This document shows positions 39,301-48,638 of a DNA stretch of 64,000 nt, in pieces (position 1 is the stretch's first letter; each line of letters opens with the position of its first letter). The stretch covers positions 1,632,001 through 1,696,000 of the forward strand of contig CAXXNF010000002.1 in the NCBI GenBank assembly GCA_963666365.2, written 5' to 3'. Both the position numbers and the translations under genes were made by a program. The notes under the pieces are model-generated. The model saw only the letters and a program-made list of their open reading frames with translations. It searched no databases and had not been told where the DNA came from. Source of the DNA: Syntrophales bacterium (GTDB lineage: Bacteria > Desulfobacterota > Syntrophia > Syntrophales > UBA2210).

Positions 39301-41896
39301 CGGGGCCGTCATGTCCGTCGAGGATCCGAACGGCAACACCGAGACCCGCACCTATGACAGCAACGGGCGTCTTGCAAGCGTCACGGACCGAACCGGTGCA
39401 ATGCGCACCTTCTCCTACAATTCGACGGGACTGCTCGAAACGCTTACCTTGAGCAGCGAGGAAGTCTACAGTGTCGGGTACGATGATGCCGAGAGGTTGA
39501 CATCGCTGGGGTTACCGGACGGAAGTTCCTACAACCGCTCCTACGACACCAACGGCCGCCTGACCGGCAACAGGAGCCGCGGCGGCGGAAACGAAACGGT
39601 CACACTCAGCAATACGGGTCAAATTCTTACGCGCACCGACGCCGAGGGCTATGCGACCGAATTCACCTACGACGTATTAGGCCGCATACTGTCCCGCACC
39701 TCTCCCACCGGCAAGCAGGAAGTCTATACCTACTCCGACAACGATACGATCGAAACCTTCACGATCCAACCTCTTGGGCTCTCGACAAGCATGCAGTACA
39801 ATGCCCTGAAACGGTTAACCTCTCTTACCGATCCCAACGGCAATACGTGGACATATACCTACGACGACCAGGGGCGGACCTTATCTTCCACCGACCCGTT
39901 GGGAAATACGATGGAATTCAGTTACAACAGCCGCAACAGGCTTTCCGAAACCGTCTTCCCGGGAGAGTTGGGAGCCATGAACGCGTCCTACAATGCCTCC
40001 GGTCATCTGACTCGGAGACTGTTTACCGATGGAACGGACATAAACTTTTCCTACGACAGTCTCGGCCGGTTGACGGCGCTGGAAGGCGTAACCCTTTACT
40101 ACGATGCCGAAAGCCGGATCGTCGCCTGTAACGGGATCGCCGCCAACTACATCCCGGACTGCCATCGGATGTCGACACTAACCCTCGCTCCGGGAAAAAC
40201 AGTGACCTACACCTACAATACGGCCGGTCAAGTAACCCGGATACAAGACTGGGCTGACGGAGAGCTGTCTTTTACCTACGATTCGGAGGGACAAATCGCG
40301 ACGATTGCTCGTTCCAACGGCACGGAAACCGCCTTGACCTACGACGCCAACGGTCGCGTCATCAATATCTGGCACGGATCTCTGGCCGATATTTCTCTGA
40401 CGCGAGATGCGAGCGGCCGGCCAACAGCCGCGATGCGGGATCTTCCGGTCAGCTTCCCTATGCGTCTGCTCGACGATACCCATTCCTATTCCTACGATGA
40501 GGCCGGACATATCACGCAGTTCACATACGATGACCTTGGCCGGCTGATCGAAGACGACCGAGGCACCTACGCCTGGGATCTGGCATCCCGTCTGAAGAGT
40601 TACACGCGGGCCGGAAAGACCGTAACCTTTACCCAAAACGGCTTCGGCCATCTGCTCACTCGGACGGCCCGGGGAACCACACGTTCTTTTGTATGGAATT
40701 ACGCCTTTCCCTTCCCAGCAATCAGCATCGTCCGCGAGGCCGGAAACGACCAACGCTACTTCGTCCATCATCCTTACGGGATGCTTCTCTACAGTATTTC
40801 GGCAACAGATAATTCGCGGTGGTTCTATCACTTCGATGAACGGGGGAACACGGTTCTCATCACCGACAGTGACGGCGCAGTTATTGCGGCATACGCCTAC
40901 TCGCCTTACGGAGCGATACAGACCACCAATAAAGATATTGACAATCCCTTCACCTTCGGCGGTCAATATGGCGTTATACAAGAGGCTAACACAGGACTTT
41001 ACCTCATGACAGAGCGTTTTTATGACAGTCAAACCCAGCGATTTTTATCCATGGAACCTCTTACCCCCTACCTTCATCCCCTCACCACCAACCCTTATCA
41101 GTATGCTGCAGCAAATCCCATGTCCCATGTCGATCCCCTCGGAAAGCTCCCCAATGAAACCGATGCCATCGCACAGGAGGCTGGTGGCGGTGATGCGCTC
41201 GGTACATTTTTCACCGCATCCGGACTCATTACCAATGCGATTGACTCGGTCGGGACCGTTCTGGGAAACATGGCGGAGGAAACAGCAAAGGCCGCCAGCC
41301 GGGCTCTGGGCAGCAGTCTCACATTAGGGCATGCAGCGGGAGAGTTCATTGATGCTCACCTTGGCGGCAACGAGATGAGTCGCAAGGTACTGCGAAGGGC
41401 TGAGGAATACATGGACGAATTCACCCGTCTTGATAAACAGGCGAACCGATTGGCTGGCACAAGCGACTCCCTAAAAACAGTTGGAAAGATAGGAGACGGC
41501 TTAGGTGCCTTAAGCGCCGGTTACGAGGTCTGGAAATTTCGAGAAAAGAGTTCAAGGGGCCTGGAAGGTTATAAGCGGCTCACCAGATCAATCATGCGCA
41601 CATGGAGACGATGCGATGCTGAGGCGTTCGAGACCTTCGAAAAGCAGAAAAATTCGGAATACTGGCTGAGGAAACGGCTTATCATAAACAAATACAATGC
41701 GAAGAGGAACTTACTCAGCGCCGAATTAGATTTCTATGATAATTTGGGAATCAATCTTTTCACGACAGTGGGAGATGCCATGTGGAACGCCGTTCCTTAC
41801 GGAGATGCGGTAGGTCTTTTCGGAGGAACGGAGGCGATAGCCAACTGTGCCCATCGCCACATCTGGGCACCTATTTATAATAGCAGTGGTGAATAA
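36335..41896 (+). CDS. Large RHS/YD-repeat protein (signal-like segment, propeller-like repeats, DUF11 Ig domain, DUF6531, RHS core, C-terminal tip)
   Basis: ADLTIEK...TVTNNGP (DUF11), GDPVNTFTGE, many YD repeats, NPYQYAAANPMSHVDPLG. Confidence 0.9.
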   Translation: MEKSLKNFRMFPILWRVLSRYSLYAGCRQSDYHLITRRFHTVAAVVSVMSFLALMLTVPQASAEWAVRATGTTQHLRGGWIAPDGSMFAVGDGGTILQSAGNDWVIMDSGTSNALYDVWGCSTDNVVASGVDIILRYDGTSWGPIATSDTESIYAPVWMTPEGDKIFAVSPSFTGGYLQVYHVDTESWEGWGRFVGTVLAFAGVSNDVTMVQSDGNIERLDNDLGTTEFIYNIYEQESPPFSQLGAAWINPADCREVFAASQWSANIYHFNGTVWTNMNAGISSGTSIFAITGRSANDIYTVGVNGTEGVVWHYDGNSWTQEITPEISGLIDVAVGSPANAWGEYGLHLYEVWPAADLTIEKNAGQAGYMKGDVAEFTLTVTNNGPADASGVQVFDTLPGGLEPVRYPDGSLAAEASNFATIGYDADSGLLSSFLGDMGAGATVEIKMSVQTASAGEFTNTATVIGMVADPDSENNSSDFQYRVVDPEATATSGSNFPSSATAGDPVNTFTGELIIREASDLFLPGPMPVYFQRYYASGLRRAFVVSRVGDNWRHNFDWTIHWVGNVLAIKTNEGLVIRYLKSDTVANTWVQQNNLASPHEVIQVTQESVTSFFVLDPQTNHILRFTVPSGFHSFRLTEIRNGRGCSVALSYNDDGDLVEVTDGLDRTLTFTYDENANNAARKLRIISDGIRSVQLTYDGDLLTQVRDPTGSFTEYAYDKAHTDSGLLKYKQLPGGTIPIKYMWDDIGKVASQTDAEDHSTTFSYVYGIGGATTTVTGPTDKTSTHEFDASGRLTKATNAAGEARETGNDAIGLRSSVTQPLGGICSTTFDSATGNPLSATNAAGTTIRNEYVERTVSPGFTFRELSAVRYPDDRSLTFTYDTHGYQVSYTDRGGNTWTRTFNDWGQLLTVTNPLGGVETHTYNTDGTRATTTDAAGNTTSYEYDTLKRLTRTIHPDETFRSFTYDNANRLTSVTAESGASTLFTHDQDGAVMSVEDPNGNTETRTYDSNGRLASVTDRTGAMRTFSYNSTGLLETLTLSSEEVYSVGYDDAERLTSLGLPDGSSYNRSYDTNGRLTGNRSRGGGNETVTLSNTGQILTRTDAEGYATEFTYDVLGRILSRTSPTGKQEVYTYSDNDTIETFTIQPLGLSTSMQYNALKRLTSLTDPNGNTWTYTYDDQGRTLSSTDPLGNTMEFSYNSRNRLSETVFPGELGAMNASYNASGHLTRRLFTDGTDINFSYDSLGRLTALEGVTLYYDAESRIVACNGIAANYIPDCHRMSTLTLAPGKTVTYTYNTAGQVTRIQDWADGELSFTYDSEGQIATIARSNGTETALTYDANGRVINIWHGSLADISLTRDASGRPTAAMRDLPVSFPMRLLDDTHSYSYDEAGHITQFTYDDLGRLIEDDRGTYAWDLASRLKSYTRAGKTVTFTQNGFGHLLTRTARGTTRSFVWNYAFPFPAISIVREAGNDQRYFVHHPYGMLLYSISATDNSRWFYHFDERGNTVLITDSDGAVIAAYAYSPYGAIQTTNKDIDNPFTFGGQYGVIQEANTGLYLMTERFYDSQTQRFLSMEPLTPYLHPLTTNPYQYAAANPMSHVDPLGKLPNETDAIAQEAGGGDALGTFFTASGLITNAIDSVGTVLGNMAEETAKAASRALGSSLTLGHAAGEFIDAHLGGNEMSRKVLRRAEEYMDEFTRLDKQANRLAGTSDSLKTVGKIGDGLGALSAGYEVWKFREKSSRGLEGYKRLTRSIMRTWRRCDAEAFETFEKQKNSEYWLRKRLIINKYNAKRNLLSAELDFYDNLGINLFTTVGDAMWNAVPYGDAVGLFGGTEAIANCAHRHIWAPIYNSSGE

Positions 41897-41953
41897 TTCA
41901 GGAACATCTGCCTCTTCGGTAAACCGTCACGGGCAGTGTTGATGGGGGAAAAA

Positions 41954-42310
41954 ATGAAACGTTTATATTATCTATGCCTTTCTTTACTGATACTGGCGAT
42001 GCTTGGGGGAATTTATCCGTCCTTGATGTACGCCGAGAGCTACACCTATGACAGTGCAGGCCGGTTGACAAAGGTAATCTACGATGACGGCTCGACGACA
42101 ACGTACAGTTACGATAATTCAAGTAATCTTTTGAAGCGGGCGTTGACTGTCGAGGTCTCTCTGGCAGATGTCATCGTCGCCCTCCAACTCATGGCCGCTA
42201 TCGAGCCTTCAGGGATGCTCTCGCAGGAGGCGGATGTAAATAGAGACGGCAAAGTCGGTCTGGAAGAAGCGTTGTATGTCTTGCAGAAGGTTTCCGCACT
42301 AAGAGATTAA
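41954..42310 (+). CDS. Small secreted YD-repeat protein with dockerin-like C-terminus
   Basis: Signal peptide, YTYDSAGRLTKVIYDDG, LADVIVALQ...ADVNRDGKVGLEEALYVLQ. Confidence 0.8.
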   Translation: MKRLYYLCLSLLILAMLGGIYPSLMYAESYTYDSAGRLTKVIYDDGSTTTYSYDNSSNLLKRALTVEVSLADVIVALQLMAAIEPSGMLSQEADVNRDGKVGLEEALYVLQKVSALRD

Positions 42311-42678
42311 AGGTCGCTCCTCGTTCCTCGCCGCTCTACTTTAAACCGCTCGTTATTTACGACATTACGATTATAGAATGACATCTACTATGTTTTCTCA
42401 ATTCTATCGTTAATTGCTTTCATGAATGAGCAGAGGGCAACCTAATCCCGGAAACAGGCCTTCACAACCTTGCGCCTTTCAACCCGTACTCAATGCCCAT
42501 GCCGGAGTTGTCGTGGTGCGACTTTGTCTTTGAAATTAAGCATGTAAAGGAAACAGCGATAATCTCTATTTCGGAAAGTTATGTGACCTGACAATAACTG
42601 TGTAGTCTAATTCAACCTTTCACAAATTAAAACGCCTTTATCCGAAGTTATAAAAGTAATGCAAAGAGAAGTATTGAA

Positions 42679-43281
42679 TTGTATGCCAGTTCCGTGTGGC
42701 GTTTACAACGCTTTTACAATAAGCCGCTAGAAGATATCACCGAAGAGGAACTGCGTCAATATTGGCTTTGTTGTCAAAGTGAATTCTGCTGGAGCGATGC
42801 ATCGTTGCGAATCAGTTACGCCGGAATCCAGCATTTTTTCACCAGGATACTTGTCAGGTCCTGGAACATTTTCAATGAAATCAAGTGGAAGCGTGACCAG
42901 AGGCTCCCCACTATCTTAAGCCTTCAGGATACGCGAGTACTATAAAAGCCATCGCAATCCAAAATGGATCTTTCCCGCACTGGGTCACAACGGAGGCAAA
43001 GATGCACAATTTGCAAAAGCACATGTCAGCGACAGCGGCGTCCAGGGGGTTCTGCAACGCACATTGAAGCGTCTGGGGTTTAAAAAACATATTCATCCCC
43101 ATGTCTTTCGCCATGCCTATGCAACTCACCTGCTGGAAGCCAATATCCCATCGGGCATGTCCAAAAAATATTGGGCCACAAAGTGTTACGAAGCACCATG
43201 GTGTATCTGCATGTGACCACTCAGGCCCAAACCGATTCTCATACAAGGGTCTACCGGGTGATGCAGGGGGTGTTGTCATGA
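42679..43281 (+). pseudogene. Tyrosine recombinase remnant (IS91-associated type)
   Basis: N-terminal SAM-like domain ending LPTILS, later HPHVFRHAYATHLLEA and LGH..STMVYLHV in shifted frames. Confidence 0.8.
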
Positions 43282-43543
43282 GCGCTATTCAAAAATCTTC
43301 CAGATATATGGGCCGCACTATCGGGCGCTGTATGGCAACCGAATGCCGCACATTCATAAAAAAGCCATGCAGGATATCACTGATTGCCGCAGTGGTTCTT
43401 TCGGAACGATTGTGTATGGCTGTCATGACTGTGGCGCCATACAGTCCATTCCCTGTTGCTGCGGGAATCGCCACTGTCCGACCTGTCAGCATGATAAAAG
43501 GGATCAATGGCTTCACACACAGATGGAACAGCTTTTGCCCTGA
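43278..43543 (+). pseudogene. IS91-family transposase zinc-binding N-terminal remnant
   Basis: CRSG...CHDCG...CGNRHCPTCQ...LLP. Confidence 0.85.
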
Positions 43544-43615
43544 ATTAAGTATACTGTCCCTGGAATTACGGCATTAGTAAGCGACTGCCTCACCGATCTT
43601 GATGGGTTAAAAAAA

Positions 43616-43659
43616 CTGCAATATTCCTGCAATATTACTACAATATTCCTGCAATATTC
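43616..43659. repeat. Four tandem 11-bp repeats (CTGCAATATTC)
   Basis: ctgcaatattc ctgcaatatta ctacaatattc ctgcaatattc, abutting TTGACA. Confidence 0.85.
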
Positions 43660-43660
43660 C

Positions 43661-43690
43661 TTGACAAAACGCCGTTAACAGAGTTACTTT
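43661..43690 (+). promoter_or_regulatory. Sigma-70-like promoter
   Basis: TTGACA, 18-nt spacer, TACTTT. Confidence 0.55.
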
Positions 43691-43771
43691 TTCCTATAGC
43701 ATGCCAATCTTGAATGCATTTGTTTACTTCTGAACAGCTGTAACCCAAGGGGGGATTATGGTCTGATTATT

Positions 43772-43816
43772 CAAAGCCCTGTTTCTCGAAGAGAGAGATG
43801 GGGCTTTGGTTTTTTT
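43772..43816 (+). terminator. Leader terminator (attenuator) upstream of the C45 gene
   Basis: CAAAGCCCTGTTTCTC...GAGAGATGGGGCTTTG followed by a T run. Confidence 0.7.
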
Positions 43817-43923
43817 GCAGGCAAGTGGGGGTAACATTGTAGAAAATGGCACCAAACCATCATGCATCAGATTTTCTCACAAATCAAACGCTGGAAAAAC
43901 TAAACCATACAGGAGGTGACATC

Positions 43924-45243
43924 ATGAACAAAAGGCTTATTGCAGCATGTATTATTTTCGTAATGGCCGTTTGCTTCCCAGTCAGCGTCGCGTTTTGTGG
44001 TAATGTAACGATAACCGATAAGGAACGTTACTGGGAAGTGGTGATGGACTTCGCAGGGGACACATCTTATTATGAGATGGGAACGATGTATGGGCAGGCG
44101 GTGCGAGAGAAAATGCCTGATTACCCTGCTACAACCGATGCGTACCTCGCAAACATGCTCCCGCAGTTTTATGCGGATATGTGCATCAAACGGTTTGCCA
44201 GTGTTAAAGTACCACAGGACTATCTGGACGAACTAAACGGGATTTGTGATGCGCTTGGCACTATCGAGGAGAACAAGCTTGGAGACGGCAAACTTTCTAG
44301 GGACGAATTTTTTCTCAACAATTATATTTCGGATGTGGCGTCGATGACCGAGTGTTCGGGAATCGCTGTTTGGGGAAATCGCTCACAAGACGGGACGACA
44401 ATCGTTGGAAGAAATCTCGATCTGCATACCAGCAATCGCTTAGGAACGGCAAAAAGCAATGCATTGATTATAGTAAGAAATGGTGAAAAATCCTATTGTT
44501 CAGTTGGCTATTTGGGATTCATGCCAGTGATGACTGCCTTCAAACCAAATGGTCTTTTTGTCGCTGTTTTTGACTCCGGGTTGACACGACCAAAAGCACT
44601 TCCCGATGATCCTCAAAATCCGGTTATCGTTCCGGCAAACTACAAAAAAGTCGTGCCTTCATGGCTTTACAGCGTGCGATATTCCATCGAAAATTGTTCA
44701 ACGATCGATGAGGTGGTCCGCTACATGACCTCGCACGATTATCACTGGAACCACAATATCATGGTGGCGGATACCAAACACGCCGTAGTCATCGAAAACA
44801 ACATCAGCGGTCCTGAAGGGTGGCAGGGCAAGCAACTTGTAAGGGATGAAAAGACTGAAGTTAATTACGGTGTTGAACCCTGGGAACTCAACAACTCCAT
44901 GGGTCTTGTCAACTCTTTCGTGGCAAAAGGAAATTACGATAATCATACGAATGCCCTTAGAAATGTAAGAAGGCGTCACAATCAAATGAAGCTCCTCAAG
45001 GAAAAGGGTGAGACGGTAAGTTTTGACGATATTGTGGCAATTCAGAGCTGGTATAAGGGGGACAAACCTGGCTCGATTTTTTCAGGGGATCTGTTTAATT
45101 ATGATTGGCGAATTTATACTGCCCACAGCTTGGTTTTTTGTCCGAACACACTTAAATTGAAAGTGTTTTTTGACAATGGAGTGCCAAAGGACGGTTTGCC
45201 TGTTAAACCACAGTATGAGGAGATCAAAGTAAACTTCAAATAG
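43924..45243 (+). CDS. Exported C45-family Ntn hydrolase/acyltransferase
   Basis: Signal peptide after AGGAGG, nucleophile CSGIAV, GRNLD. Confidence 0.85.
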   Translation: MNKRLIAACIIFVMAVCFPVSVAFCGNVTITDKERYWEVVMDFAGDTSYYEMGTMYGQAVREKMPDYPATTDAYLANMLPQFYADMCIKRFASVKVPQDYLDELNGICDALGTIEENKLGDGKLSRDEFFLNNYISDVASMTECSGIAVWGNRSQDGTTIVGRNLDLHTSNRLGTAKSNALIIVRNGEKSYCSVGYLGFMPVMTAFKPNGLFVAVFDSGLTRPKALPDDPQNPVIVPANYKKVVPSWLYSVRYSIENCSTIDEVVRYMTSHDYHWNHNIMVADTKHAVVIENNISGPEGWQGKQLVRDEKTEVNYGVEPWELNNSMGLVNSFVAKGNYDNHTNALRNVRRRHNQMKLLKEKGETVSFDDIVAIQSWYKGDKPGSIFSGDLFNYDWRIYTAHSLVFCPNTLKLKVFFDNGVPKDGLPVKPQYEEIKVNFK

Positions 45244-46273
45244 CGCGGCTCGGCATGAAGGAATTTCAGGCCTTGACTATTGACCAGGAGGCACCGGTTT
45301 TGGGGCTTTTGTGTCAACAGACAAGGCCTGGCATCATTCACTTTAGGGAAAACGAGGGACATCCATGGGGAATTAGGTACACTCCCCTATTTTTCTGCAA
45401 ATTTCTTTTTCCCCGTTTTGCTTTCTCCGTCTTTCCCCTTATAACTCGAGAAGGGGAAGGGTAGCCCTCCCCCCTACTCGAGTTTGTGATTGGACAAGGG
45501 TGACCGATCAATATAGCAGCATAAAATGAATCCGGGAAGCGTCCCTCTGTATTTACAAGCAATCATTGTATTGTCAGGTACGCAGATTTTGTGACATCCT
45601 GATTTTTAGAGGTCACAGGAGAACCAAATGAGTAACCAAGAAGAATCCGAGACCCCAGACCCTCTCAGCAGATTGAGTCACAGGCTGGTTTGGTTGCAAA
45701 TCAATATAGCACGGCAGGAAGCGCTAGAGCAGGTGCAATAACAAACAAAGAGATTTTAGAGTCGTATGTATGAATGCAAAAGGTTATCAGCTTCGTCCCA
45801 TTACCACTGGTGAGCTCGTATTTTCTGTTGTAACTCTTCCAATCGCTATTCCCTTTGCTATTATTGGGGCAGAACCTGAAGACTTCTATTGACTATTATT
45901 ACTATGATAAAATATCACACGTTCATAAATAGGAGAATGAACTTACAACAAATACAGGATTAGTCCTGAGTCGAAGAACGTGTATCGATTATCAGGTTGT
46001 GGGATACTTTAATCCACTACCATCTTTTCACCGGCATAAGGCTTGGTTATCTGATGCTGTCTCTGTGTCGCCTCGCTTCGCTTCCGGTTGGCTTGTCTGT
46101 TCCTGGATGCGCAGCTGGACGAGTTGCTGTTGGAGATAGATAAGAAAACACCCATAAATTTTCTGAGGGGAACCGTATGTCCCCCAAGCATCAACAAGCG
46201 CCTGTTGTACTGGCGAAAATTCTATTGTTTTGTATCTAATTTTCAAAAGTGGCAATATAGTGGCAAATATTGA

Positions 46274-46334
46274 CCACTCAAAGAAAAAGGGGTTAAGCTT
46301 CAATAGCCTAACCCCTCAATATTCATGGCTCCCC
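46274..46334 (-). repeat. att-like repeat A: tRNA-Asn 3' end plus terminator
   Basis: 58/61 identical to 48074-48134; ends TGGCTCCCC; hairpin AGGGGTTAAGC/GCCTAACCCCT. Confidence 0.85.
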
Positions 46335-46541
46335 AAGCGCAACTGTTGTCGTAATTGTGGGGTAGTATATTTAGCAACCGGAGAATCGTCGATCTGGCGA
46401 TCTTTGAACGAGGAGGTGTGCGGGCAGGCCTCCGAGCTCATGACACTGAGACATCAACGCATTTAACTCTGTTCGCTATCGGAAATAACGCAGGCAGTTG
46501 AAACCACCGGGTTCAGAGCGAAAAAATCTCGACTCGGACTG

Positions 46542-46811
46542 CTACTTGTAGACATTCCTTCGATGACCAACGCGCAGAACAAGAATCAGAAGAGCATCAT
46601 CTTCAATCTTGGCAATAATACGATATTCCCCCAAGCGATATCTCCAATACTCCCCAAATTTTGGTCCTTTGAGAGCATCTCCAAGGCTCCGGGGATCACT
46701 GAGTGGAGCAATCCTTTCATGCAAATACTTTACGATGCGCCCGGCTGCCGGCTGGCCAATTTTATCCAGTTCCTTTTTTACCGCTGGTGCAATATCAATC
46801 CTCCATGCCAT
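46542..46811 (-). CDS. relE: RelE/ParE family toxin
   Basis: PRSLGDALKG, WRYRLGEYRII, VGHRRNVY. Confidence 0.92.
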   Translation of the reverse strand: MAWRIDIAPAVKKELDKIGQPAAGRIVKYLHERIAPLSDPRSLGDALKGPKFGEYWRYRLGEYRIIAKIEDDALLILVLRVGHRRNVYK

Positions 46812-47019
46812 AGTGTTTCATCACTTTTTCCAAAGGCATGGGTATGCTTTTCCCGGCGCGAATATCTTCATATCGTTCTTCTGCCAGATAAATGTCTTCG
46901 AGGGTATCAAGGTATTCGAGAATCGCTTCTCTAGCATAATATGTCTTGGTGCGACCGGTTTTCTCAGCCAGTGCATTCAGCCGTTCTTCAATATCCTCGG
47001 GCAACCTGATTGCTAACAT
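46795..47019 (-). CDS. relB: RelB-type RHH antitoxin
   Basis: MLAIRLP...TGRTKTYYAREAI...LEDIYLAE. Confidence 0.9.
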   Translation of the reverse strand: MLAIRLPEDIEERLNALAEKTGRTKTYYAREAILEYLDTLEDIYLAEERYEDIRAGKSIPMPLEKVMKHYGMED

Positions 47020-47151
47020 GTGGCCACCTCCTTTGATATACGTGTATAGCAAATCCCCTCACCTGCGTCAATAACATTGTGAGTCAGGTCTTCAGTAGAG
47101 AATTTCACATCACCTCTCCCCGTATGGGTAAGTCTTCTTCCTGACCTCGGT

Positions 47152-47277
47152 TCAGATCCTCCATATCAGCAAGTTACTGATTGGGTATTCCCGCAGAATT
47201 GAGTCGAAGAGGCGGAAGATCTGATCCTCGCTCCAGACAAAGGGCCGTTGGATGTTGGGCAACCAGAAGCCGCCGTC
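47152..47277 (-). pseudogene. DUF262 (GmrSD-like) N-terminal fragment
   Basis: FWLPNIQRPFVW...LFDSILREYPI; no start, fused to the att duplicate. Confidence 0.75.
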
Positions 47278-47313
47278 CTCCCCAGCGCGGACTCGAACCA
47301 CGGACCCGATGGT
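47278..47313 (-). repeat. 36-bp exact duplicate of the tRNA-Asn 3' half (att site)
   Basis: Identical to 53332-53367. Confidence 0.92.
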
Positions 47314-47524
47314 GGTGATGCTAACCAGGACAATAAAATTGGTATAGCAGAAGCTATTTATGTACTTCAACATGAAGCGGAATTAAGGTGAGATAGCTAT
47401 AATTAAATCTGACAGCTACAGCATAGGCGGACATTGGCTCTTAGCAAGGGCAGCTGTCAGAGGAGATCCTAGCTAGTACGCCTTAAATCCCAATCATAAT
47501 CGCACGCTTACCCCATAAGTAACT

Positions 47525-47680
47525 TCATGCCTCTTTTTTTTCTTCGTATTTCTTCAAAAGATCCCTAATGGCTTCTTCGAGAAGGTCGTTTTGACGTTTT
47601 TCCAGTTTTGCGACAAGAATGCGAAGCTCTTTCTCCAGATCAGTACGGAGCGATGTATTATAACTCTTTCGTGTACCACC
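47525..47680 (-). pseudogene. Small ribbon-helix-helix regulator (no clear start)
   Basis: RKSYNTSLRTDL...NDLLEEAIRDLLKKY at the end of ORF 47525-47962. Confidence 0.55.
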
Positions 47681-48073
47681 GGAAACAATGGCAAGGGAGG
47701 TGGCATAAAAGAAAGCAACGTCGCAGGCTAGGCGTGCCAGCACCGAAAAAATAAGAGAATAATCAGTTTGCATGAGCGGGAGAAATTTCACTGTAGCCGA
47801 TCCCATTCTTTTCGAGGACGGCTTTGTACTCACTTGCAACTGTTTACGCCGTGTTAAGAGTTGGATTACCACCCTTACCCCGCTCCAACCTTGCACCTGC
47901 CTTGCGCTGGGTGAACCATTTAACACCGTTCTAAATGGCATTTTAGTAAGGTGGATCAGCAAGGCTTCTCTGAACAGTATTCTCGCTTACCGTACCGCCA
48001 ATTTCGGTTGACGAAAATTCCTATTTTTTTGTTTATTTTTTTCAAAAGTGGGGACAGAGTGGGGATAAAAACC

Positions 48074-48134
48074 CCACTCAAAGAAAAAGGGGTTAAGCTT
48101 CAATCGCCTAACCCCTCAATATTTCTGGCTCCCC
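48074..48134 (-). repeat. att-like repeat B: tRNA-Asn 3' end plus terminator
   Basis: Near-identical to 46274-46334, exactly 1800 bp apart; preceded by AGTGGGGA direct repeats. Confidence 0.85.
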
Positions 48135-48209
48135 GACCCATCCACTCAGCGAATCAAATCCGTATCAGAGATAATCCTCTGTTTTTTAAAATATAGTCAC
48201 AAAAAAAAG

Positions 48210-48590
48210 ATGTTTGTCAAGGGTAAAAAACCCGCCCAATTTGCCCCGAACAGAGCCGTTACACAGAAGGAATGGGAAAATTCCTTGCGTCTTGAAAAGG
48301 AATATTCAAACCCTATAGAAATCGGTTTTAAATTTGTTCAATACCTCAAGGATCACCCCGATTCGACATATGATGAACTTGCAGGTATGTCCGGCGTCAG
48401 CAAAGCCAGGATATGTCAGATGCTCGCCCTGCATAATAGGTTGCCCGCCCCCATAACGGATTATTTGATAAATACTGATGACCCTGAGATCCTGAAATAT
48501 TTTACCGAGAGGAGGCTAAGACCTTTAACCTTATTGGCGTCTGATGATGACAAGCTCAGGAAATTCGATGAGATGAAAGAAGCGATGTGA
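48210..48590 (+). CDS. HTH-containing hypothetical protein (ParB C-terminal-like)
   Basis: TYDELAGMSGVSKARICQML...TERRLRPL; frame is open back to the att core at 48126. Confidence 0.65.
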   Translation: MFVKGKKPAQFAPNRAVTQKEWENSLRLEKEYSNPIEIGFKFVQYLKDHPDSTYDELAGMSGVSKARICQMLALHNRLPAPITDYLINTDDPEILKYFTERRLRPLTLLASDDDKLRKFDEMKEAM

Positions 48591-48638
48591 GTTTTTAATT
48601 GACATGGACAAGGCGCATGATAGTATTATCAACAATAA

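Noticed and set aside
42679..43281. Integron integrase for the attC array
   Set aside because: Fragmented, directly coupled to an IS91 zinc-binding domain, and no IntI-specific insertion is visible
45628..45741. 37-aa ORF with AGGAG RBS
   Set aside because: No homology clue; cannot be supported without a search
47278..47313. Second tRNA-Asn gene
   Set aside because: Only the 3' half, lacking anticodon, D-arm and CCA; it is an att duplicate
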